Below are positions 45,650-55,806 of a DNA stretch of 64,000 nucleotides, one piece after another. The notes under the pieces are model-generated. The model searched no databases and was not told where the DNA came from. It was given only the letters and a program-made list of their open reading frames with translations. Where the stretch lies: the NCBI GenBank assembly GCA_040901675.1, contig JBBDYJ010000031.1, forward strand, positions 57,220-121,219, in the 5' to 3' direction. Each line of letters opens with the position of its first letter. The first letter of the stretch is position 1. The DNA is from Pirellulales bacterium. Lineage in GTDB: Bacteria > Planctomycetota > Planctomycetia > Pirellulales > JAICIG01. The position numbers were made by a program, and so were the translations under genes.

Positions 45650-45737
45650 GGACGGGAGGGCCGTGGCCGGCCTGCAATTCTAGCGCTTTGCGGCATGCAC
45701 ATAGCGCGCCGCAAGGCAAGGACTTTTTAAGAACGTC

Positions 45738-46079
45738 TTATCGATCCAGTTCTTTCAGGCTGTCGGCTGCTACATACGCCTCGACGCCCTCCTCGGTCCG
45801 GACCAGGCTATAACTGCCCGACTCCCGGATCAGCTCGACCTTGGTGCCGGCCTCGAGTTGGCCGTCGGGCGGCCGTCCCTGCTGCGGCCCGTCGGTGTAG
45901 TAGGCGGTTTCCTCGACGACGGAATGAGTCAGCTCGTCGCCTTGGGAGGCCGCCCGCTCTTCGTCGCCGGCCGGATCGCCGGCGTTGCCGTTCTGCCTGG
46001 CCTCGTTGCTCCAGCAGCCGGCAACGACCAGCGCGAACCCCACGACTAGCAGTCGGCGACTATGCATGATGGGCGCCAT
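45738..46079 (-). CDS. SH3-domain lipoprotein
   Basis: Lipobox VAGC; YYTDGPQQGRPPDGQLEAGTKVELI..GSYSLV...G.EAYV. Confidence 0.8.
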   Translation of the reverse strand: MAPIMHSRRLLVVGFALVVAGCWSNEARQNGNAGDPAGDEERAASQGDELTHSVVEETAYYTDGPQQGRPPDGQLEAGTKVELIRESGSYSLVRTEEGVEAYVAADSLKELDR

Positions 46080-46259
46080 GGGCGGTCCTTTGGTTGACGG
46101 GTGCCTTCGTTGACCCAGCGCAATGAGGCAATTCTTGCCCACCGCAGCGACGGCCGCAAGTGTGCAACCCCCCTCCATCGTGCACCGCTCCCGGGCGCTG
46201 GTGTTGCCGACAGGCCGGAAAACTTGACTTCGCGGCCGGTTGTGCCAGCATGATCGGCT

Positions 46260-49200
46260 ATGAGCGCGGACCGCAATTTGCTGTTCGGAATCCTTGCCTT
46301 GCAGATGGATTTCATCAGCCGCGATGAGCTGATCGCGGCCATGCACGCCTGGGTTCTGGACAAGTCCAACACGCTGGGCGAGATCCTGGTCGCCCAGGAG
46401 GCGCTGGAGCGCGATACGCAAGTGCTGCTCGATTCGCTGGTCGAAAAACACCTGGCGCTGCACGACCGCGATCCGGCCAAGAGCCTGGCCGCCATCGGAG
46501 CGCTGGGGTCGGCCTGGGACGATTTGTCTCGCGTTCCGGACCCCGACTTGCAAGAGAGCCTCAGGCGCGTGCCGGGCGAGCAGCCGGCGACGGACGCAGC
46601 CGGCGACACACTGACCGTGGGCGGCATGGCCGTCGTAGGCAACGCCACCTCATCGGGCAAGCGGTTTCGCATTGTGAGGCCGCACGCCAAAGGCGGCCTG
46701 GGCCAGGTTTGGGTTGCCATCGACCAGGAATTGCACCGCGAGGTGGCTCTTAAGGAAATCCAGTCGGAGTTCGCCGACGATCCCAATAGTCGAAGCCGGT
46801 TCGTCGTGGAGGCCGAGATCACCGGCGGACTGGAACACCCGGGCGTGGTGCCGGTGTACGGGCTGGGGCAGGACGCCCAGGGGCGGCCTTTCTACGCCAT
46901 GCGGTTCATCAAGGGCGACAGTTTGAAAAGCGCGATCGAGCGGTTCCACCGCATGGAAGCGCCGGACCGCGACGCGGGCGAACGCGCATTGGCGCTGCGC
47001 AAGCTGCTGGGGCGCTTTATCGACGTTTGCAACGCCATCGAGTATGCCCACAGCCGCGGCGTGCTGCACCGCGATCTCAAGCCGGGCAACATCATGCTGG
47101 GCAAGTACGGCGAAACGCTGGTCGTCGATTGGGGTCTGGCGAAGAACGTCCAGCGCACCGAATCTCCCAGCCGGGCCGACGAGCGAACGCTGCGACCGGC
47201 TTCAGCGGCCGGCTCCAGCGGCACCATGATGGGGTCGGCCGTCGGCACACCTGCATTCATGAGTCCCGAGCAGTCCGCCGGCCGCCTCGACCAACTGGGA
47301 CCGGCCAGCGACGTCTATAGCCTGGGTGCCACGCTCTACGCGCTCTTGACGGGGCATGCCCCGGTCGAGGATCGCGACGTAGAAACAATGCTGGACAAGG
47401 TGCGGCGCGGCGATTTCCCGCGCCCCAGGGTGATCAAACACGATGTGCCGTCGGCGATGGAAGCCGTCTGCATCAAGGCGATGGCGCTGGCGCCCGCCGA
47501 ACGCTATGCGGCGCCACGCTTGCTGGCCGACGACATCGAGCATTGGCTGGCCGACGAGCCCGTATCGGCCTATGCCGAGCCCTGGACGGCACGGCTCGCC
47601 CGCTGGACGCGCCGGCACCGTGCCTGGACCCGCGCCGCGGCGGCGGCGCTGATCGTTGTAACCGTGATGGCCGTGCTCGCCGCGGTTCTGGTCAGCCGGC
47701 AGAAGCAGATCGCTCTGGACGAGCGGGCCCGCGCCTTGCTGCAGGAGCGGCAAGCGGAGCAAAACTTCCAGCATGCCGTGGCGGCCGCCAATGCCATGGT
47801 CGAGAAAGTGGCGGCGGGGCTGCGACCATTGGCGGGCACCAAGGCGGAGACCGTCGAGAGCATTTTGAACAGCGCGGCCGGCGTTTACGACAACTTGCTG
47901 GCCGACGCCGGCCAGCGGCCCGAACTGCTGGCGGGCCAGGGCCGCATGCTGAACCTGTTCAGCGAGATCTACATCGATCTTGGCAACAGCGAGCGGGCGC
48001 TCTCTTCCGCGCGGCGAGCGCTATCGTTGCACGAAGCCCTGGTGAAGCGGGAGCCGAGCAACCCGGCTTGGCAATCGGGGCTGGCCGACAGCTTCGAGCG
48101 GCTTGGCCTGGCGATGATCACGCGTGGGCAAAGCATGCCCGCCCGCTCCGCTTTTGAGGAGTGCCTTGACATACGCCGCGAATTGCTCGCTCGATTGCCG
48201 GATGACCTGGAACGCAATAGCGACCTGGCACGAGGGCTCTATCGGCTGGCCACTGTGCTGGAAATCCAGGGCGATTACGAACAATCGACGGCGCGGCACC
48301 AGGAAGCTTTCGATAATCGCCGGCAAGTCGCGGAGGCGGACCCATCGAGCGCCCGCTGGCAGCGGGACCTGGCCAGCAGCCGGCAGTATGTCGCACAGGC
48401 CCAGCTTGATGCAGGCCGGGACGAAGAAGCGCTGACGAATTTCCAAGCGGCCTTCGACACGCTCCAGCGCCTGGCCGACGAGGAACCCGACAACGTCGAA
48501 CGGCAAATCGACCTGGCGGATGCAGCCGTCTGGTACGGCGGCGTGGTCAAGGGACGCGGCGAGTGCGAGCGCGCGAAGGCGCTGTTCGAACAGCACGAGC
48601 GGATCGTCCGGCGGCTGGTTGACCAGGATCCCAATAACGCCGAGGCGCGCCGGCGGCAACTCCGCAGCCGGGTGAATATGGGCGATCTGGTGTGCGACGC
48701 GGGCAGCCTCGACCAGGACGGGATCGTGCGGACTCTCAAGCAGCAAGCAGCCGTACTGGACGAGCTGTTGGATCTCGCAGGCGTGATGAGTGCCAAGGAC
48801 CCGGGCAACTACGTCTGGCACGATGCGCGCTGCCTGCTCCCCTGGACTGCCGCGGCTACTTTGCAAAGCCTGGCGCAGCTCGGTGACGAGCCGGAAAGCA
48901 ACTTCGCCGCCGCGCTCGAAATGTGCGAGGTAGCAAGGCAACGAGCCGGTCAACTCGTCCGGCACGATCCCCACAATACCCAGTGGGCCGCCCTGCTGGC
49001 CGGGTCGCACGACACGCTCGGTTACATTTATTCGGCTCAAGGAAAGAATGTCGAAAGCATCCGCGAGCGATTGAAATGCGATGAAATGCGGTGCGAGCTG
49101 GCCGCGAGAATGCTTCAAAAACACCCGCGCTCGACTCGCTGGCGCTCCGCGTTGGCTTACAGCCAGGCGCTGTGTGCCACCTATCGGCATATGCTGGCCG

Positions 49201-50972
49201 AGTTGGGCCGCTCGCCCAAGGAGAATTTGGCAACCGCCCGCGGCGAGGCCGAGCAATCGATCGACCGATTCACGGCTCTGCTTGCCGAGCAGCCGGATAA
49301 TTCAGAATGGCTAAACCAGTTGGGGATAGCCGAGGGAGCACTGGCGATCGTCCTGTCTCAGCAAGGCGACCAAACGGCCGCCGAGGGGCATTACGGCAAG
49401 CACAGGGAGGCCTCCCGGCGTGCCGACGAGATCAACCAGGCCAAGGGGGACAAGGCCAAGGCGGCGCGTGAGCGGTACGGGTGCAGTGTCGTAATCCTGG
49501 CCTACCGGGTGATTTCGGTCCGGGAGCTAGCCTGGCTGGCGCGCAGCTCGCTCAGCCTTTCGGAACAGCTCCAACGCCTGGTGCCATCGGCGGATCACCA
49601 GTTGAGTTCGATTCAGGCATGCTGGAACCTTGCCGATACGCTGGTCGACGCGCCGACGCGGGATCACCTGGCCGAAGCGCGGCTGGCAGTGCGCCGCGCT
49701 CGCGGCCTGCTCAAGAACCTTGAGGCCGGCAACCACGGCAAGAAAGGCGAGCTGGCTGCCTGGCTCGACAAGTTTGCCGCGCTCGACGCGAAGATCGCAG
49801 CCGTCGCAGCACCCGGCCCTGACGAAGCGGTCCAAGCCTCAGTTGACGAGCTGGGATACCTGGCCGTCGCCAGGCAGTGGATCGGCGAAGGACGCATCCG
49901 CCCGTGGCTGGCTTTCCTGTCGCGCGAGTTAGAGGCCGGGGAGTGTTCGACGTGGGCGGTTTACCCGATGCTGCCGCTTGCCGAGGATGCCGCGGTCGTG
50001 CAGGCGATGACCCAGGCCGCACGCGAGATGCTGGCCGAGGATTCTGGATCCGTCAGCCTGGGCGGACAGCGGCTGATTGGCTTGCTGGCCCAATCGACGG
50101 GCGATAACGAGACGGCCGCCGAGTTCTATCGCCACCTGTTGGATGTCCGCGCCGATGACGCCGCCGCGCTGGAGGCCCTGGCCAACGTGCTGCTGGCCGA
50201 CTGGCGACATGACGAGGCGGAAGAAATCCTTGCACGGCTGGTTGCGCTCAAGCTGGATCCAATCGAAGTGCTGCCGTTGCACCAGACGCTGGCCGAAGTG
50301 CGGCTGGGGCTGGGCAAGATCGAGGCATGCTCACAAACGATCGCCAGCGCCTTGGAGATCGATCCGGACGACTATTATAACCGCGTGCTTGCCGCGCGGC
50401 TCTTGGCGGTCGAGCGGCGGTTCGACGAGGCCCGCCAGCAGCTCCAGCAGCTCGTGGCGGCGGGCGAGCCTTCGAGCCCGGCCCTGGTCTCCGCGCGGAT
50501 CGCGCTGGCATTGGTCGAGGACGAGCTCGGCAACGCCGAGCAGGCGGAGTCGCGGTTACGCGAGGCGCTACAAGCCCAGGACACTGTCGCCGAGCGCGCG
50601 GTGCTCGCCTACCTGCGGCTGCGGCACGGCAGCCCGCTCGACGAAATCCGGACGGTCTTGGAAGAGTGTCACCAGCAGCAGCCCGGCAACCCTTATATCA
50701 GCGCCTTTTACGCGCTGGCCCTGGCCCAAGGTCCCAATCCGGCAGACGGCCTGACCAAGCTCGACGAGCTGGCCGCCCATCCCATGCTGGCCGCCTGGCC
50801 CGATTTTCTGGACGAGTTGGGAGATGTCTATCTCAAGGCGCAGCGGCCCGACGACGCCCGCGCCGCCTGGCGGAAAGCGCTGGCCGCGTTTCCCCCGACT
50901 ACCGCCCCGGCGGAGCGGCGCAAGTTGTCGATCGAGCGCAAGCTGGAGACCTTGGGTGCTGATCGTGAGTAA
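46260..50972 (+). CDS. Ser/Thr protein kinase with TM segment and long TPR array
   Basis: GGLGQV, VALK, HRDLKPGN, DWGLAK, GTPAFMSPEQ, SDVYSLG; more than 1000 aa of TPR-like helices. Confidence 0.96.
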   Translation: MSADRNLLFGILALQMDFISRDELIAAMHAWVLDKSNTLGEILVAQEALERDTQVLLDSLVEKHLALHDRDPAKSLAAIGALGSAWDDLSRVPDPDLQESLRRVPGEQPATDAAGDTLTVGGMAVVGNATSSGKRFRIVRPHAKGGLGQVWVAIDQELHREVALKEIQSEFADDPNSRSRFVVEAEITGGLEHPGVVPVYGLGQDAQGRPFYAMRFIKGDSLKSAIERFHRMEAPDRDAGERALALRKLLGRFIDVCNAIEYAHSRGVLHRDLKPGNIMLGKYGETLVVDWGLAKNVQRTESPSRADERTLRPASAAGSSGTMMGSAVGTPAFMSPEQSAGRLDQLGPASDVYSLGATLYALLTGHAPVEDRDVETMLDKVRRGDFPRPRVIKHDVPSAMEAVCIKAMALAPAERYAAPRLLADDIEHWLADEPVSAYAEPWTARLARWTRRHRAWTRAAAAALIVVTVMAVLAAVLVSRQKQIALDERARALLQERQAEQNFQHAVAAANAMVEKVAAGLRPLAGTKAETVESILNSAAGVYDNLLADAGQRPELLAGQGRMLNLFSEIYIDLGNSERALSSARRALSLHEALVKREPSNPAWQSGLADSFERLGLAMITRGQSMPARSAFEECLDIRRELLARLPDDLERNSDLARGLYRLATVLEIQGDYEQSTARHQEAFDNRRQVAEADPSSARWQRDLASSRQYVAQAQLDAGRDEEALTNFQAAFDTLQRLADEEPDNVERQIDLADAAVWYGGVVKGRGECERAKALFEQHERIVRRLVDQDPNNAEARRRQLRSRVNMGDLVCDAGSLDQDGIVRTLKQQAAVLDELLDLAGVMSAKDPGNYVWHDARCLLPWTAAATLQSLAQLGDEPESNFAAALEMCEVARQRAGQLVRHDPHNTQWAALLAGSHDTLGYIYSAQGKNVESIRERLKCDEMRCELAARMLQKHPRSTRWRSALAYSQALCATYRHMLAELGRSPKENLATARGEAEQSIDRFTALLAEQPDNSEWLNQLGIAEGALAIVLSQQGDQTAAEGHYGKHREASRRADEINQAKGDKAKAARERYGCSVVILAYRVISVRELAWLARSSLSLSEQLQRLVPSADHQLSSIQACWNLADTLVDAPTRDHLAEARLAVRRARGLLKNLEAGNHGKKGELAAWLDKFAALDAKIAAVAAPGPDEAVQASVDELGYLAVARQWIGEGRIRPWLAFLSRELEAGECSTWAVYPMLPLAEDAAVVQAMTQAAREMLAEDSGSVSLGGQRLIGLLAQSTGDNETAAEFYRHLLDVRADDAAALEALANVLLADWRHDEAEEILARLVALKLDPIEVLPLHQTLAEVRLGLGKIEACSQTIASALEIDPDDYYNRVLAARLLAVERRFDEARQQLQQLVAAGEPSSPALVSARIALALVEDELGNAEQAESRLREALQAQDTVAERAVLAYLRLRHGSPLDEIRTVLEECHQQQPGNPYISAFYALALAQGPNPADGLTKLDELAAHPMLAAWPDFLDELGDVYLKAQRPDDARAAWRKALAAFPPTTAPAERRKLSIERKLETLGADRE

Positions 50973-50975
50973 AGC

Positions 50976-52328
50976 TCAGTAGACTCGGCAGTTGGGCAGA
51001 GCCTGCTGTAGTTTGAAAACGCCCTCCGTCGACATTCGAGTGTCCCCTACGTGAAGGCTTTGCAGGCTCGGCATTCCGCCTAGGTGATCGATACCGCGGT
51101 CGGTCGTCCGTGTCCCCACCAACGACAGATGGCGTAAGGTGGCGATCTTTGCCAGATGCCCGAGTGCGTCGTCGGTAACGCGGCTGTAGTCGAGCGACAA
51201 GAAGTGAAGTTTCGAGAACCGCGGCAGCTCGCTTACCAGGCGATCTCCCACCAGGACGCGTCGGAGGTTCAACCTTTCGAGTTCGGGCATTTCCTCCAGA
51301 AGCCGCAATAGGCTCTCGTCGGACATGTTATTGTCCATGATCGTTAGGGACACGATCGGTTGTTGGGGACGCTTCATATCCTGGTCCATGGTCCCACCAA
51401 GGTGCTTGATCTTTTCGATGACCTCCGCCTGCGTTGGTTTGTAGTCGATTGGCCAAAGCGCGACATCGATAGGGACGGCCTCCAATTCGTCGGAAGAGGG
51501 ACGGATTGTGCAATTCGGAATTGCTTTCTTGAGGTCTGCAACTCCTTTCCCGGTGACGTTTGTCCCATGGAGCGACAGGTCCTTCAGCCCATGCAGTTGC
51601 CTGAGATACTCGAGGCCGGCATCGGTGACGTCTGTGTTCGAGAGTCCAAGGTTTTCAAGAGACCGAATAGCCGAAAGATGCATCAGACCGTTGTCCGTTA
51701 TCTTCGTGTTGCTTAACTGCAACCACCGCAATTTGGCGAGATTTCGAAGATGGGCCAGGCCTTCATCACGTACCAGCGAATGATCCAGACTGAGGCTCTC
51801 CAGGTTCGATAGCGCGCCAAGATGCTTGAGTCCCGGTCCGGTGACGCCTGTCCGGTACAGGTACAGGACCCGCAACTTCTTCAGCCCTGCAAGATGGATC
51901 AGGCCGACGTCGGTGATCCCGGGGTTTCGTCCCAGTTCCAGAGTGGTGACGCCGGGCAGTTTCTCGAAGACCACCAGATCACGGTCGGCCGCTTTCGATT
52001 GACCCCTGCCTCCACCCCAGGCAAAATCCACTGTCACCACACTACGGAAATAATCCTCGCCCACTGCTTTTCGTAGCCAAGTCGGCGCCGCCGGCTTCGC
52101 ATTTTTCTTCGTCTGACCGGCCGAGTCCAGCTCGTAGTCGAATCGCAGCACCCCACCCAGTTTCGTGATTTCTTTGACCGCACGTGCTTGCTTTCGGGCA
52201 CTCGTCGCCTGCACGGCGAACCATGCAAGCCAAATGCACAGTAGTGTGAAGAGAACGAACGTTCCCCGCAGGCTGAAGGTGAGCCAGCGACGACTCGGCC
52301 GCGGCGCCCTTGTCTCTTCGGCCGCCAT
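50976..52328 (-). CDS. Leucine-rich repeat protein with N-terminal membrane anchor
   Basis: FSLRGTFVLFTL N-terminus; repeats of L..L.L..T.VTD.GL.HL. Confidence 0.92.
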   Translation of the reverse strand: MAAEETRAPRPSRRWLTFSLRGTFVLFTLLCIWLAWFAVQATSARKQARAVKEITKLGGVLRFDYELDSAGQTKKNAKPAAPTWLRKAVGEDYFRSVVTVDFAWGGGRGQSKAADRDLVVFEKLPGVTTLELGRNPGITDVGLIHLAGLKKLRVLYLYRTGVTGPGLKHLGALSNLESLSLDHSLVRDEGLAHLRNLAKLRWLQLSNTKITDNGLMHLSAIRSLENLGLSNTDVTDAGLEYLRQLHGLKDLSLHGTNVTGKGVADLKKAIPNCTIRPSSDELEAVPIDVALWPIDYKPTQAEVIEKIKHLGGTMDQDMKRPQQPIVSLTIMDNNMSDESLLRLLEEMPELERLNLRRVLVGDRLVSELPRFSKLHFLSLDYSRVTDDALGHLAKIATLRHLSLVGTRTTDRGIDHLGGMPSLQSLHVGDTRMSTEGVFKLQQALPNCRVY

Positions 52329-52412
52329 GCTGGTTCTCCCAATGCCCCCGGCTTGGGTCGCCTGAAAGTGACGCGCGCGCCGCGCTTCGATCTTCTCGGC
52401 AGTGCCGTCAGT

Positions 52413-52976
52413 CTATCCGGTTCGCGGCCCGCTTGGTATCGCGGGAATCGAGTCCTGCTGGTGTGCTGGCGGGGGCGCCGAGGCGCCGCAGCCCCGATCT
52501 TGGCCCTCGTCGTCAGCCGGGACGCGATCGCTCTCGAAGCCGTCCTCCAGAACCAGCGGCGGCTTGCCGTACTTCCGGCGGAGCCGGTTGATCGAATTCA
52601 AGACCCTGCGGCGGCTGACGAGCCAACGCTCCAGGCGGCGCTTTCCCGGAAAATCAAGCAGCAGGACGCCGATCAGGATCGTCAGGATCCCTGGGCCGGG
52701 GAGCGCCGGCATGGACAAAACGATGCCAAGAATGACAATCAAAACCCCTGCAATGTTCTTGAGAATCAATCCGGTCCAGCGCAGCAGAGGGTGTCCGTTC
52801 ACCCAGAAACCGCGCGGGCGGGAGCTACAGAAATAAGTAGCCGGCAACCTGGTCAGCAGAAAGCCGACCAGCAGCAGGCCGCCGACGGACGTCACAACAA
52901 AGACCAGCAGGCCCCAAGCGAGGTCGCTCCAGGTCAGCTCGAGCAGGCTCAGGATGTCCGCCAGCCAACCTGCCAT
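52413..52976 (-). CDS. PGPGW-family membrane protein
   Basis: LKNIAGVLIVILGIVLS..LPGPGILTILIG..LLDFPGK. Confidence 0.8.
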   Translation of the reverse strand: MAGWLADILSLLELTWSDLAWGLLVFVVTSVGGLLLVGFLLTRLPATYFCSSRPRGFWVNGHPLLRWTGLILKNIAGVLIVILGIVLSMPALPGPGILTILIGVLLLDFPGKRRLERWLVSRRRVLNSINRLRRKYGKPPLVLEDGFESDRVPADDEGQDRGCGASAPPPAHQQDSIPAIPSGPRTG

Positions 52977-53154
52977 CCTACGTTCCCGACTCCGGAACCC
53001 CGCTTTCCTCTACGGATTCAAGAGATTGCTTGTTCTTGGCGACCCGTCCGCAAGAATTTTGCCCGCGAGTTAACCGAAGCACAAGCAACAAACGGCTGGA
53101 CATTGCCGAACGCGGCGGGCACGATGGCTCACGAAGAGTTCGGCCACTGAGAGG

Positions 53155-53229
53155 GGTGGCTAACGGGACTCGAACCCGTGACCCCCAGATCCACAATCTG
53201 GTGCTCTAACCAACTGAGCTATAGCCACC
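53155..53229 (-). tRNA. tRNA-His (anticodon GUG) with encoded G-1; CCA not encoded
   Basis: G-GTGGCTA...TAGCCAC-C; anticodon arm CCAGA-TT GTG GA-TCTGG; T-loop TTCGAGT. Confidence 0.96.
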
Positions 53230-53245
53230 GTGAGGCAAGTCGCTC

Positions 53246-53274
53246 AGTATAAATCTGCCCGCCAAAACGGTCAA
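53246..53274 (-). promoter_or_regulatory. Sigma70 promoter of tRNA-His
   Basis: TTGACC-N17-TATACT. Confidence 0.8.
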
Positions 53275-53341
53275 CGCCGGCAAGGCGTCGGCAAAGCGAG
53301 AGGAAAGACTGGGGCACGCTACCGCTTTGCCCCAGCCACCC

Positions 53342-53397
53342 CCGACAGCCAACAGCCAAGTTCTAAGACCCAAGAGCCAAGTTCCAAGAGCCAAGAT
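53342..53397. repeat. Heptamer tandem repeat CCAAGNN (8 units)
   Basis: ccgacag ccaacag ccaagtt ctaagac ccaagag ccaagtt ccaagag ccaagat. Confidence 0.85.
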
Positions 53398-53399
53398 CT

Positions 53400-54179
53400 T
53401 CAGTACGGAAACCGCTCGCCCAGCCTCGCAGCGGACAGCTCGACCAGAAACGTGGCCAGACGCTCGGTAAGCAGGGCCATCATGCGGCGGCCTTTCTCCG
53501 CCGTCGCCGGGTGCGGGTTGCCGGCGCCCGTGTTGGTCGTGGCCAGGTGCCAGGGCCGCGTGATCTGCACCCAACCACGGTTCACGGCCTCGAAGCGGGT
53601 CTTGGCGGTCGCCCCTTCGTCGGCCGCCAGCGAGCCGTCCGGGCGGCGGGCCACGAGCTGCGGATAATAAGCCAGGATCAGCGAGGTCTCCATCTCGCCG
53701 CCATGGTCGCCGGCGTCTTCGAAAATCTCGCCTTCCACGTCGGCCAGCACGCGATACCAGTTGCAGAGGAACATCCGGGCCTCGGTCCGGCCGTAGGCCT
53801 CGCGCAGCAAGGGCTTCAGATCGTTGCCGCCGTGGCTGTTCAAGAGCAGGACCTTCTTGATCCCCTGCCGCGCCAGCGATTCGACCAGGTCCATCACCAC
53901 CCGCCCCAGCGTCGAGGGGTTCAGGTTCATCGACAGCGGAAAGGCCATCTGGTTGGTTTCCGTGCCGTAGGGGATCGTGGGCAGCAAGATCACCCGCGCG
54001 CCGCGCTGGTGGGCCGCCTCGCAGATCGCGTCGCCTACGATGTCCGCCTCGAACATATCGGTGCCGTACGGCAAGTGAAGGTTGTGCGGCTCGGTCGCCC
54101 CCAGCGGCAGCACGGCCACCTCGTAGGGGTTCTCCTTGGTGTACGCGTAATTGATCTCGGCTAGTTTCCAGGGACGCAT
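53400..54179 (-). CDS. Creatininase / creatinine amidohydrolase family protein
   Basis: LPLGATEPHNLHLPYGTD, LNSHGGN, DHGGEMETS. Confidence 0.92.
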   Translation of the reverse strand: MRPWKLAEINYAYTKENPYEVAVLPLGATEPHNLHLPYGTDMFEADIVGDAICEAAHQRGARVILLPTIPYGTETNQMAFPLSMNLNPSTLGRVVMDLVESLARQGIKKVLLLNSHGGNDLKPLLREAYGRTEARMFLCNWYRVLADVEGEIFEDAGDHGGEMETSLILAYYPQLVARRPDGSLAADEGATAKTRFEAVNRGWVQITRPWHLATTNTGAGNPHPATAEKGRRMMALLTERLATFLVELSAARLGERFPY

Positions 54180-54206
54180 TCGATCTGCTCGGAAGATGGA
54201 GAGATA

Positions 54207-55712
54207 TCAAGGGGCGGCGGCCGCGGTGGCGGTGACAAACTCGCGATACTGCCGATCGAGCTCGTCGAAGCTGGTGCTGGTCAATTCGGCCAGCGTGCTC
54301 TGGCGGTCGCGGCCCGAATAGATCGCCAGCAGGTAGTCCACCAGTGCATCGCGGTAGCGGCCCTGGTCGTAGTGCATGAGGAAATGCGCGAGGCCGGCGG
54401 CTTGGCTGTAGAGCATGGCGATCCGCTGATCGCGCTGCAGCGTTTGCACGCCAAAGCCGCTGAACTGGGCAAGCGGCACGTAGAAGTCGTCTTCGAGCAG
54501 GCGGAAGCGGGCGTCGCTCAGCCGCACCGACTGGGCGCCCCCCAACGTACAGAAGCCGTCGCCTTCGACCAGCGACTCCATGTAGCAGGCGATTCCCTCG
54601 ACAACCCAGAAGTTGGCGTCCCTCGCCGGATTGCGGACGCCGCCCTTCGTCTCGCTGAACAACTGGTGCGTGGCCTCGTGGTACACGTTGGTGTCGTCGC
54701 GCGCCGCTGGAGCACCGGACGCAGGCCCGGATTCCTCCTCGGCCGGCTGGACGACAAAGAAGTAGGCCTTGCGGTCCTCGGCCAGGTAGTAGCCCGTGCT
54801 GATGCCGATATTCGGCTGCCTGGCCGCCAGGGCCCGCGTGTATTCGTCGCGGTTGCGGAAGTAGACCACCAGGTGCCGGCGCGTGGCCGTTTGTGCGGGA
54901 GCGCCGGATCGGAACAGCCCTTCGAGCTGCTTGTCCGAGAGATAAAACCGGACGAACACCTGCCGCCAGGCGGTGTACAACGCTTCCAGACGCGCGGCGA
55001 GCCGCACGCCCTCCTCCAGGCTGTGGTTGGTGCGGACCAGGTAGTGATCGGTCATCACCTCCCAGCCGCGATCGATGTCGGTGCGAAGACGAGCCTCCTC
55101 TTCCGCGGCCAGCCACTTGCCCTTGTAGAGCCGCTGCCCCGCCTCATAGCGCTCGACGTGGCTGGCCGGCAGCCAGCCGAAACGGTCGTGCCAGACCTGC
55201 CTGCTCCTGGCCTTGCCCTGCTCGAACGTGGTCAGCCAGCTACCATCGTGCAGCTTGTAACCCAACAGCCTGCGGGCCTGGCCGTGCTGGGGATCTTCGC
55301 GGAGAACTTCGTGGACCAGGGAATATGCCAGCGACATCCGCCGCTGGTCGGCCGCTTCCAGCGCCAGCGTCCAGAGGCGCTCGGCCTGCTGCCGGCGAAG
55401 CCGGGCGAACTCTTGCTCCCAATCGGCATCGCCGCTCGCCGCGGGCGGCTGGCCCACGTCGCCGGAGCCGGCAGAGGGAGTATCTACCAGCGGGATCGAA
55501 AGCTTGAACGGATCCTGAGGCAAGAGCCAACCGCGCACCCGCTGGGCCTCGTCGCGCAAGCCGCGCCCGTCGCACTGTTGGGCCAGTTGCTCCAGCTCGC
55601 CGGCGTATTGCTCGATCAGCTCGGCCCGAGCGCCGGCCGCGGAGGCGGCCCAGGCCCGCGCCGGTCCGCCGGCCGCCGCAAGCATCGATAAGAGGCAGAT
55701 GCGAAGAAGCAA
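54207..55712 (-). CDS. Exported DUF1570-like (HExxH) protein
   Basis: Signal peptide; YHEATHQL, WVVEGIACYME, YSQA.GL.HFL. Confidence 0.8.
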   Translation of the reverse strand: MLLRICLLSMLAAAGGPARAWAASAAGARAELIEQYAGELEQLAQQCDGRGLRDEAQRVRGWLLPQDPFKLSIPLVDTPSAGSGDVGQPPAASGDADWEQEFARLRRQQAERLWTLALEAADQRRMSLAYSLVHEVLREDPQHGQARRLLGYKLHDGSWLTTFEQGKARSRQVWHDRFGWLPASHVERYEAGQRLYKGKWLAAEEEARLRTDIDRGWEVMTDHYLVRTNHSLEEGVRLAARLEALYTAWRQVFVRFYLSDKQLEGLFRSGAPAQTATRRHLVVYFRNRDEYTRALAARQPNIGISTGYYLAEDRKAYFFVVQPAEEESGPASGAPAARDDTNVYHEATHQLFSETKGGVRNPARDANFWVVEGIACYMESLVEGDGFCTLGGAQSVRLSDARFRLLEDDFYVPLAQFSGFGVQTLQRDQRIAMLYSQAAGLAHFLMHYDQGRYRDALVDYLLAIYSGRDRQSTLAELTSTSFDELDRQYREFVTATAAAAP

Positions 55713-55806
55713 GGCTGCTGACGTGCCTGGAGAAAGAACCGCGGACCAATCGAAATCGCTCGACGGGGCCTACGTCTGTAGTGTACCACCGCGGGTGCGC
55801 CGCGGC

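Noticed and set aside
45660..45720. CIRCE/heat-shock operator upstream of the Hsp20 chimera
   Set aside because: A TTGCGGC..GCCGCAA inverted repeat exists but does not match TTAGCACTC-N9-GAGTGCTAA.
53400..54179. Mycofactocin-type RiPP peptidase (MftE-like)
   Set aside because: No precursor peptide or radical SAM gene nearby; generic creatininase family.
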